From contig JBEPYN010000001.1 of assembly GCA_041641305.1 (NCBI GenBank), positions 353,660 to 377,659 on the forward strand: DNA of 24,000 nucleotides, read 5' to 3'. Source of the DNA: Nitrososphaerota archaeon (GTDB lineage Archaea > Thermoproteota > Nitrososphaeria_A > Caldarchaeales > Caldarchaeaceae). The stretch's first letter is position 1. The number at the start of each line of letters is the position of its first letter. The position numbers and the translations under genes were made by a program. The notes beneath the pieces were generated by a model. It searched no databases. It was not told the origin of the DNA and saw only the letters and a program-made list of their open reading frames with translations. This document shows positions 1 through 6,005 of this stretch, piece by piece.

Positions 1-2
1 CC

Positions 3-131
3 AATGTCGAGAAAACGATGCATATGCTTCAGCCCTATTTCCTCGAGGATTTTGAAAGGGTTTTGGATAAGCCTTCTCAGAGGAGACCCTATCACAGCAG
101 ACTCGCAGCCACCCACACCAACGCAAAATAA
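3..131 (+). CDS. possible 3' tail of an upstream gene (42 codons, product unknown)
   Basis: Frame +3 is open from the window edge to TAA at 129-131 (...LQPYFLEDFERVLDKPSQRRPYHSRLAATHTNAK*). It is too short for the ORF track and has no recognisable motif. Confidence 0.25.
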   Translation, partial: NVEKTMHMLQPYFLEDFERVLDKPSQRRPYHSRLAATHTNAK

Positions 132-167
132 TGAACGATATATATGGATACATGTGTTGTAGACAAC

Positions 168-175
168 TTTTTTAG
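168..175 (+). promoter_or_regulatory. TATA-like box (TTTTTTAG) for Rieske gene 1
   Basis: A/T box lies 22-29 nt upstream of the GTG at 197. This is the same spacing seen at other first genes in this window. Confidence 0.4.
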
Positions 176-196
176 GCGAAAAACGGGTTCGGAACC

Positions 197-505
197 GTGT
201 CCCATCGGGTTAGGGTCTGCAGAGAGGATGAGCTTGGCGAAGGTGATATGAGGGTTGTTGAAGCGGGCGGTGAACAGGTTCTTGTCCTCCGTCACAAGGG
301 AAAAATCTACGCAGTCTCCAACATATGCACACATGAATATGCCGAGCTCGTCAACGGGCTCGTGGTCGACGGAACAATAACATGTCCCGTGCACCTTTCA
401 CGTTTCCGGCTGGAGACGGGGGAGGTTCTCAACCCGCCCGCGGCAAAAAACCTCAAAACCTACAAGGTTCAAGTTCTCGAAGGCGAGATATTTGTCGAAA
501 CCTGA
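197..505 (+). CDS. small soluble Rieske-type [2Fe-2S] ferredoxin-like protein
   Basis: 102 aa with the two Rieske boxes C-T-H (NICTHEY) and C-P-V-H (TCPVHLSRF) at typical spacing. The GTG start is preceded by a TATA-like box. Confidence 0.85.
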   Translation: MSHRVRVCREDELGEGDMRVVEAGGEQVLVLRHKGKIYAVSNICTHEYAELVNGLVVDGTITCPVHLSRFRLETGEVLNPPAAKNLKTYKVQVLEGEIFVET

Positions 506-1446
506 CTTATCTTCTCCATTTCCCCCCTCTCGATAAACCTTATGGCCTCCATCGCGGCCATGCAGCCGAATCCAGCAGCTGTAATCGCCTGCCTATACTT
601 CTTATCATGAACGTCGCCCGCGGCAAAGACTCCCTTCACACTCGTCATCATACCATCCTTGAGCTTGATGTATCCCTCCTCATCCATTTCAAGCTGTCCC
701 GCGAAAATCTCGGTGTTGGGTTTGTGTCCAATAGCCACGAAAACCGACTCCGTTTTGATGATCTTTTCCTCACCTGTTTTGAGGTTCCTGACACGCACCG
801 CCTCAACCTTGTTTTCTCCCAAGATTTCGGTGACCACGCTATTCCATATGAACTCTATACGTGGGTTGTTTCTCGCCCTCTCGGCCAAAACTTTTGAAGC
901 CCGTAGTGTATCTCTTCTATGCACCACGATAACTTTCTCCACCAAGTTGCTGAGGTAGAGGGCGTACTCCATAGCAGTGTCCCCGCCACCCACCACAACC
1001 GATGTAGAAGATCCCTTGAAGAGTGGGCCGTCGCATGTGGCGCAGCTGGAGACACCTCTTGCCAGAAGCCTCTTCTCACCCTCAACCCCGAGCCACTTCG
1101 GCGAAGCGCCCGTCGCCACGATCACGACCCTTGCCCTGTAAACATCTTCACCGACGTAAACCTCGAACGGGTGCTTGGAGAAATCCACACCGGTCGCGTT
1201 GTCGTAAATAATTTCAGCTCCCTGGTTTTCAGCCTGCTGCCTCATGTTCTCCATAAGCTCTGGGCCGATAACACCGTTTGCGAAACCGGGATAGTTCTCC
1301 ACCTCACGCGTCAGCATAAGCTGTCCACCTGCCTCAATCCCCGCTATAACCAGTGTCTTCAGGTTCGCTCGGCAAGTGTATATCGCGGCCGTGTACCCCG
1401 CGGGGCCTCCACCAATCACCACCACATCATAGACATCATCCATCAT
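469..1446 (-). CDS. trxB: thioredoxin-disulfide reductase
   Basis: FAD-binding site VVVIGGGPAGYTAA, redox-active CATC (SSCATCDGPLF), NADPH site GGGDTAMEYALYL plus HRRDTLRA, and C-terminal GVFAAGDV. The 3' end overlaps Rieske gene 1 by 37 nt. Confidence 0.9.
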   Translation of the reverse strand: MMDDVYDVVVIGGGPAGYTAAIYTCRANLKTLVIAGIEAGGQLMLTREVENYPGFANGVIGPELMENMRQQAENQGAEIIYDNATGVDFSKHPFEVYVGEDVYRARVVIVATGASPKWLGVEGEKRLLARGVSSCATCDGPLFKGSSTSVVVGGGDTAMEYALYLSNLVEKVIVVHRRDTLRASKVLAERARNNPRIEFIWNSVVTEILGENKVEAVRVRNLKTGEEKIIKTESVFVAIGHKPNTEIFAGQLEMDEEGYIKLKDGMMTSVKGVFAAGDVHDKKYRQAITAAGFGCMAAMEAIRFIERGEMEKISQVSTNISPSRT

Positions 1447-1465
1447 GAATTATCACTTCATCCAC

Positions 1466-1475
1466 ATAATTAAAT
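1466..1475 (-). promoter_or_regulatory. TATA-like box (ATTTAATTAT on minus strand) for trxB
   Basis: Lies 20-29 nt upstream of the trxB ATG at 1446, in the 93-nt divergent spacer. Confidence 0.4.
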
Positions 1476-1508
1476 GTTAAACATCCACGAACGGTGTAGG
1501 TTGAAAAC

Positions 1509-1516
1509 CTATATCA
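1509..1516 (+). promoter_or_regulatory. TATA-like box (CTATATCA) for Rieske gene 2
   Basis: Lies 24-31 nt upstream of the ATG at 1540. Confidence 0.4.
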
Positions 1517-1539
1517 AACGGTTGCGTCGCAGTTTTGAT

Positions 1540-1851
1540 ATGGCGAAAGCTGTTAAAGTGGCCACCGCCTCTGAGCTTCCGCCAGGAGCTATGAAGACTT
1601 TCGATGTCGAGGGCAAGCTCATTCTCGTCGCTAACGTTGACGGCGTTTATTATGCCATGGACGCTATCTGTAGCCACGAGGAGTGGGACCTTTCGGAGGG
1701 TATGCTGGAGGATACACGAGTTACATGCGCGGGACACGGCGCTGTATGGGACCTGAGAACAGGCACCGCCGAGTTTGACGAGGAGCTTCCTCCACTAAAA
1801 ACCTATAAAACCCTCCTCAAGGACGGTGAAGTGTTCATCGAGATCGAATAA
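1540..1851 (+). CDS. small soluble Rieske-type [2Fe-2S] ferredoxin-like protein (paralogue of 197-505)
   Basis: Rieske boxes C-S-H (AICSHEEW) and C-A-G-H (TCAGHGAVW). Shares the LKTYK motif with gene 1. I prefer the ATG at 1540 (MAKAVKV) over the ORF-track start at 1474 because of TATA spacing and family length. Confidence 0.85.
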   Translation: MAKAVKVATASELPPGAMKTFDVEGKLILVANVDGVYYAMDAICSHEEWDLSEGMLEDTRVTCAGHGAVWDLRTGTAEFDEELPPLKTYKTLLKDGEVFIEIE

Positions 1852-1853
1852 AC

Positions 1854-2378
1854 ATGAAGAGATATCCATTTGTGTGCACAAACTGTGGCGCCGAATACAT
1901 GCTTCAGGCGTGGAAGGCTGTTTGCCCTAACTGCGGCGCCGAGTATACGCTTGAGGCGAAGCCTGAAAAACCTCTGAAAAGCAGCGCGGCACCCCAGATA
2001 ATTGGAGCGGCTGCACTGTTTGGATATGTTGTTAGCAGCTTCTTCTTACCAGATGTTTTCTCTGTTCTCGGCCCTGGGCTGGCTCCATTCGCCATGGGGG
2101 CCGCTGTTCTTCTGGCTTTGCTCATGCTAACCGGCTCCTACATCTTCATCGGCGCGGCTCTAACGCTGTCTCTAGCCACCATGGCTTACCATTTCCTCGG
2201 GTCTTCGGTGGATGCGTTGCCGGGTCTGGTTTTAGCAGCCGTGACAGCGGCGGGTTCAGGTATAGCCCTCAGCAGAATAAGACTTCATGGAAGAAGGAAG
2301 GCGAAGGAGACTGATGCGAGAGCTATGCCCGAGTATTCCGGATGGGGTGCTCCTCGAGAAGACGCTGAAAAACCCTGA
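1854..2378 (+). CDS. membrane protein with N-terminal Cys4 zinc ribbon, four predicted TM helices and a basic C-terminal tail; function unknown
   Basis: CTNC...CPNC zinc ribbon is followed by four hydrophobic segments and RIRLHGRRKAKE. The ATG lies 2 nt after the Rieske-2 stop, so the two are probably co-transcribed. Confidence 0.7.
   Translation: MKRYPFVCTNCGAEYMLQAWKAVCPNCGAEYTLEAKPEKPLKSSAAPQIIGAAALFGYVVSSFFLPDVFSVLGPGLAPFAMGAAVLLALLMLTGSYIFIGAALTLSLATMAYHFLGSSVDALPGLVLAAVTAAGSGIALSRIRLHGRRKAKETDARAMPEYSGWGAPREDAEKP
1875..1958 (+). repeat. internal imperfect direct duplication encoding the two zinc knuckles (C-x-N-C-G-A-E-Y-x-L-x-A twice)
   Basis: Segments 1875-1910 and 1923-1958 match at 29 of 36 nt by hand alignment, with a 48-nt period, in frame. 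Confidence 0.8.
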
Positions 2379-2865
2379 ACGCGTTTTCGTCATAGAGGAC
2401 GAACATCACCTTCTTGAGGCCGCTGTTTTCTCGGAGCAGATAATCTATCACAGCTGTGACAATTACTCTTGCGGCGTCTTCGAGCGGGTACCCGAATGCT
2501 CCGGTTGAGATGGCGGGCATCGCTATCGATGTGAGGTTGTAGGTGTCGGCGAGTTTGAGGCTGTTGATGACCGCGTCCCTCAGCTTCCGCTCTTCGTCTC
2601 CCTCACCCATCCGAGGCCCAACAGCGTGAATAACATACCGGGCCCTAAGCTTTCCAGCACCTGTTATCACCGCCCCACCAACAGGGCAATACCCAATCCT
2701 GTCACATTCCTCCTGAATGCTTGGGCCTCCTTTCCGCAGAATAGCCCCCGCGACACCGCCACCCATTTTAAGCCACTTGTTAGCAGCGTTAACAATAGCG
2801 TCAGCCTCAACCTCCGTAATATCACCCTTTAAACAAATCACCTCGGTCTCTCGGACCTTAACCAT
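2323..2865 (-). CDS. macro-domain protein (ADP-ribose binding/hydrolase, MacroD/AF1521-like)
   Basis: GDITEVEADAIVNAAN, GGGVAGAI and PAISTGAFGYP motifs. The start at 2865 (MVKVRETEV...) is preferred over 2907/2970 because the TATAAATT element lies 28-35 nt upstream of it. Confidence 0.85.
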   Translation of the reverse strand: MVKVRETEVICLKGDITEVEADAIVNAANKWLKMGGGVAGAILRKGGPSIQEECDRIGYCPVGGAVITGAGKLRARYVIHAVGPRMGEGDEERKLRDAVINSLKLADTYNLTSIAMPAISTGAFGYPLEDAARVIVTAVIDYLLRENSGLKKVMFVLYDENAFRVFQRLLEEHPIRNTRA

Positions 2866-2892
2866 TACAGGACCATTTTCGCGATTGGTCTC

Positions 2893-2900
2893 TATAAATT
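2893..2900. promoter_or_regulatory. single TATAAATT element placed to serve both divergent genes
   Basis: Lies 25-32 nt upstream of the ATG at 2925 (+) and 28-35 nt upstream of the ATG at 2865 (-). Confidence 0.5.
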
Positions 2901-2924
2901 TCACCATGCTTAGCTTTCTCTGGG

Positions 2925-3242
2925 ATGGCCTGGCTCGTGGAGGTGTTTGTTCAGGGCAGGGGATGGACACCGCTTCGGCAAGTCTTCGGCCACAGCGGTG
3001 TTGTCGAGGGGTTTGATGAGGCTCTTTCTCTGGGATGCTCGGTTGTTTTGAAAAGTGTTGAGAGGGCGTCGCGGGCTGCGGGGGCTAGCGCAGGAGATGT
3101 TGTCGGTTTCCGTGTTAGAGAGGTCTCTAGCGAGCCTGAGCCGTTGCCGCCGGATGCTGTGAAATGGGATGATGTACGTCACAGGTTTTTCCGGCGAGGT
3201 AGCGCATATCTCCTCTACAAGTCTTGGAGCTGGCCCGATTGA
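2925..3242 (+). CDS. hypothetical protein, 105 aa, no recognisable family
   Basis: ATG sits at leaderless distance from the TATA box. 47 of 105 codons start with G (my count), typical of coding frames. The stop TGA (3240-3242) overlaps the ATG (3242-3244) of the next gene as TGATG. Confidence 0.5.
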   Translation: MAWLVEVFVQGRGWTPLRQVFGHSGVVEGFDEALSLGCSVVLKSVERASRAAGASAGDVVGFRVREVSSEPEPLPPDAVKWDDVRHRFFRRGSAYLLYKSWSWPD

Positions 3243-3970
3243 TGGATCAGCATTTTCTCGTGGACAGGGCTGTTGTGGAGCGTCTGGTTGAGGCGGCTGA
3301 GCTTACCAGCGATGATGTTGTTCTCGACGTTGGGGCGGGGACAGGCGTGCTGGCTTTCGAGGCGGCCAAGTATGCCAAAAAGGTGTACGCTGTCGAAAGC
3401 GACCCACTGGTCTTCAAGAGGTTGAACGAGGAAGCACAGACTTATGGTAACGTTGTGGCCGTGAGAGGCAACATCCTCCGCCTAAGGCTTCCATCCTACA
3501 CCAAGATTGTCGCCAACCCGCCTTTCAGCGTGCTCGAGCCACTCATCATCCGACATCTCAAAAACCCTGTTACCATGTCACTTCTCACACCCAAACACTT
3601 CGCAGACAGCCTCCTCTCCACAGACACAGTCATCGGGTTCAAAACACATCTAAGCTACATCGTCGAGGAGAAAGGTGTTTACGACGGCAGGGTATGTGAT
3701 CCTCCCTACCCCGGCAAACTATCCCATGTCTTGTTGAAACCTGTCGAAAATACGGCGCTTCAGAATGCTATGGTGATGTTTCTTCTTCAACCCGGCTCCA
3801 AGGTGAGGAACAGCCTACGTAACGTGTTGTGGAAAAAATGCACCAAACGCGAGGCCACCAAGCTCGTCGAGCTATCCAGCCTTCCAGACACTCTGCTGGA
3901 AAAACGCGTAAGCCGCACCACAATCCAAGACCTGAAGCAGATCTACGGCTTTTTGGCGGAAAACGTTTAA
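3242..3970 (+). CDS. KsgA/Dim1/Erm-family RNA adenine methyltransferase-like protein (divergent)
   Basis: N-terminal DQHFLVD (GQxFL family hallmark), SAM site VLDVGAGTGVL, KKVYAVESD, and motif IV IVANPPFSV. The C-terminal part roughly aligns to KsgA. The ORF-track TTG start at 3224 is an alternative; the ATG at 3242 is preferred because of the stop/start overlap. Confidence 0.7.
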   Translation: MDQHFLVDRAVVERLVEAAELTSDDVVLDVGAGTGVLAFEAAKYAKKVYAVESDPLVFKRLNEEAQTYGNVVAVRGNILRLRLPSYTKIVANPPFSVLEPLIIRHLKNPVTMSLLTPKHFADSLLSTDTVIGFKTHLSYIVEEKGVYDGRVCDPPYPGKLSHVLLKPVENTALQNAMVMFLLQPGSKVRNSLRNVLWKKCTKREATKLVELSSLPDTLLEKRVSRTTIQDLKQIYGFLAENV

Positions 3971-4006
3971 GAATAGACCGTTCAAGCTGATGGTTGAGAG
4001 CTTGTT

Positions 4007-4080
4007 GGCCGAGGTGGGGTAGCCTGGTAGCCCTCAGGGCTGTGGACCCTGCAGCGCGAGTTCGAATCTCGCCCTCGGCC
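4007..4080 (+). tRNA. tRNA-His (anticodon GUG) with genome-encoded G-1, no encoded CCA
   Basis: Hand-folded cloverleaf. G-1 (4007) lies opposite C73 (4080). Acceptor GCCGAGG/CCTCGGC, D stem GGGT/GCCC, anticodon stem CAGGG/CCCTG with loop CTGTGGA (GTG at 4042-4044), T arm GCGAG-TTCGAAT-CTCGC. Confidence 0.93.
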
Positions 4081-4081
4081 C

Positions 4082-4088
4082 TTATATA
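4082..4088 (+). promoter_or_regulatory. TATA-like box (TTATATA) for the GT2 gene, directly abutting the tRNA-His 3' end
   Basis: Lies 26-32 nt upstream of the TTG at 4114. Confidence 0.45.
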
Positions 4089-4113
4089 CACCATAGAAAT
4101 TTGTTGAACAGGT

Positions 4114-5571
4114 TTGAGGATAAGCCTGGTTCTGACAGTTGTCACCGCCTTTGCGACGTTGGTGCTGATACCTTTCGCTGTGGGCAGCTTGTCAGTGTTT
4201 CTGGCTTTCGTTGTCTCGGTTGTATTCGCTCTCATTCTATTAGTTGATGCTCTGATTTCAGACGGCGGCCGCCGTAGGATGCATGTTCCCTCGATGGTTT
4301 TGGGTTACTCCACCGTGGTAGTTCCAAGCCTCGCGACGCTGCTCATCTTCGTTGAGGAGTTCAACTTTTTCAGAGACTGGTATAAGCCCATCATGCTCGC
4401 CAGCTACGCGGCCCTGTTTCTCACTAACCTGATGTTCCTACCACTGGCCGCCGCCAACTACAGGCGGGAGGAAAGAGCCCTAGCCGAGCAGACCTATTTT
4501 CCACCGGTCTCGGTCATCGTCCCGGCCTACAACGAGGAGAAATGGATAGGACACTGCATAGAGGCCCTGCTTGAGAACGATTACCCCAGCAAGGAGATCA
4601 TCGTCGTCGACGATGGCAGCGTTGACAGAACCTATGAGATAGCAAGCAGATACGTTAGAAGAGGCGTTACCGTTCTGAGGAAACCCAACGGCGGAAAAGC
4701 CTCGGCCCTCAACTATGGAATGTTGTTCGCCACCGGTGAAATCATCGTCACCGTCGACGCGGACAGCATCTTGACGAGGGATACACTGCGGCGGATTGTG
4801 CTACCTTTTAGGGATGAGAAGGTGGTCGGGGTCGCGGGCAACGTCCGGGTCGTGAACCGGGTCAACTGGCTCACCAAGAACCAAGCCCTCGAATACGTCA
4901 CACAGCTAAACATAACGAGGAGAGCAACGTCTTTTCTCGGCGTTGTGCAGGTGATGCCTGGGCCTCTGGCGGCCTTTAGACGCAGCATAGCCGCAACACT
5001 TGGAGGATACGACCGCATCACTTTGACCGAGGACTTCGACCTCACCGTGAAGCTTCTCAAAACAGGCGGAGTCATACAAGCTCCACCCGGCGCCTTCGCC
5101 TTCACAGAGGCTCCGTCTAGTCTCCGAGACCTTTACAGGCAGCGTCTCAGATGGTATAGGGGGAACACGCAGGTTTTAATGAGGCATTCCGACGCCTTCA
5201 GGGTGAGGAGATACGGGCGGCTGAGCCAGCTTGTGTTTCCTCTCATGGTTTTGCAGCAGATAGTTATTCCTTTGCTGGGGGTAGCATCTATTCCAGCGGC
5301 CGTACTCATCATACTCGCTGGTGGACTGGGTTATGTGCTGCGCCTCCTCGCGGTCTTCAGCGTTCTCCAGCTATGTCTCTCGCTTATTGCTTTGGACATG
5401 CAGGATGAGGATGTTAGGCTTGGTATCTATGCGCCCTTCGCAGTAGTCGGCTACAAGCATCTCCTCGACATCATCGCGTTGAAGGCAGTTTTCGACATCC
5501 TTGTTCTGAGACGGAGGCCGGGGTGGACTCGGGCGGAGAAGAAGGGGCTGGAGGTTACACTCCGTTCCTGA
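4114..5571 (+). CDS. membrane-integrated processive family-2 glycosyltransferase (PgaC/NodC/cellulose-synthase-like polysaccharide synthase)
   Basis: N-terminal TM helices, then VIVPAYNEE, VVDDGSVDRT, NGGKASALN, VDADS, TEDFDLT and QRLRWYRGN (the D,D,D,QxxRW set), then C-terminal TM helices. The TTG start comes from the ORF track and is uncertain. Confidence 0.85.
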   Translation: MRISLVLTVVTAFATLVLIPFAVGSLSVFLAFVVSVVFALILLVDALISDGGRRRMHVPSMVLGYSTVVVPSLATLLIFVEEFNFFRDWYKPIMLASYAALFLTNLMFLPLAAANYRREERALAEQTYFPPVSVIVPAYNEEKWIGHCIEALLENDYPSKEIIVVDDGSVDRTYEIASRYVRRGVTVLRKPNGGKASALNYGMLFATGEIIVTVDADSILTRDTLRRIVLPFRDEKVVGVAGNVRVVNRVNWLTKNQALEYVTQLNITRRATSFLGVVQVMPGPLAAFRRSIAATLGGYDRITLTEDFDLTVKLLKTGGVIQAPPGAFAFTEAPSSLRDLYRQRLRWYRGNTQVLMRHSDAFRVRRYGRLSQLVFPLMVLQQIVIPLLGVASIPAAVLIILAGGLGYVLRLLAVFSVLQLCLSLIALDMQDEDVRLGIYAPFAVVGYKHLLDIIALKAVFDILVLRRRPGWTRAEKKGLEVTLRS

Positions 5572-5923
5572 CACTCTTTAAAATGTGTTGAGGAAGCTTC
5601 TCCCCCCACTTCTCGATAAAGGATTTGTCTAGCTTCCTATCCCTCATCTCATCGGGCAGCATCCTCGGAATCTCGTCGACCACAGGATACCATCTACCGC
5701 ATCCACTGCATTCAACAAACCCAGCTGCTATCTCCAGGCCATAGCATCTCTCACAATCGGTTTTAACAAGATCACGCACATAGCCGCCGTGAAAAGCGCA
5801 GTAAAGCTCACACTGTCTAACGAAAGGGGGCTTCTCGATAGACTTCTCCTCGAAAACAACAAGCTTCAGCGGAAAAGATTTGCACATCGGGCAGGCGAGA
5901 ATATCCATCAGCCGGTACTTCAT
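5555..5923 (-). CDS. Trm112-like zinc-ribbon protein with an inserted second Cys-rich module
   Basis: LMDILACPMCK ... ECSGCGRWYPVVDEIPRML matches the Trm112/UPF0434 pattern. The insert carries CELYC and CERC. Confidence 0.7.
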   Translation of the reverse strand: MKYRLMDILACPMCKSFPLKLVVFEEKSIEKPPFVRQCELYCAFHGGYVRDLVKTDCERCYGLEIAAGFVECSGCGRWYPVVDEIPRMLPDEMRDRKLDKSFIEKWGEKLPQHILKSVRNGV

Positions 5924-5973
5924 GTAGACAAGCTTATATGGAATGATTTAAGCCATGAGCAGCTACACAAACA

Positions 5974-5981
5974 CTATATAG
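5974..5981 (+). promoter_or_regulatory. TATA-like box (CTATATAG) for lutC
   Basis: Lies 25-32 nt upstream of the ATG at 6006. Confidence 0.45.
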
Positions 5982-6005
5982 CGTAAAATCTTGTCAAAAG
6001 CTTGG

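Noticed and set aside
92-1473. ORF-track entries 92-394 (-), 382-897 (+), 659-958 (+), 855-1085 (-), 919-1473 (+) and 1023-1211 (+)
   Set aside because: All lie antisense to or out of frame with the Rieske and trxB genes, which have diagnostic cofactor motifs. None has a motif or a promoter-like context.
1459-1522. Direct repeats CATCCAC (1459-1465, 1482-1488) and AACGGT (1490-1495, 1517-1522) flanking the two TATA boxes of the trxB/Rieske-2 spacer
   Set aside because: By rough estimate, 6-7-mers repeating once within a ~90-nt region are close to chance expectation, so this is not enough to call regulatory sites.
3116-3129. Palindrome TAGAGA-GG-TCTCTA inside the 105-codon ORF
   Set aside because: A 6-nt-arm inverted repeat is expected several times by chance in 24 kb, and it lies within coding sequence about 100 nt from the next start.
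2910-3182. 90-aa minus-strand ORF competing with the 105-codon plus-strand ORF
   Set aside because: The plus-strand frame has the TATA spacing, a high fraction of G-initial codons and the TGATG junction to the next gene. The minus-strand ORF would have to start inside the other gene's region with no promoter-like box.
3768-4235. 155-aa minus-strand ORF spanning the end of the methyltransferase gene, tRNA-His and the GT2 start
   Set aside because: It runs antisense through a well-folded tRNA gene and two better-supported CDSs. Its sequence is Arg/Thr/Ala-rich and low in complexity, with no motif.
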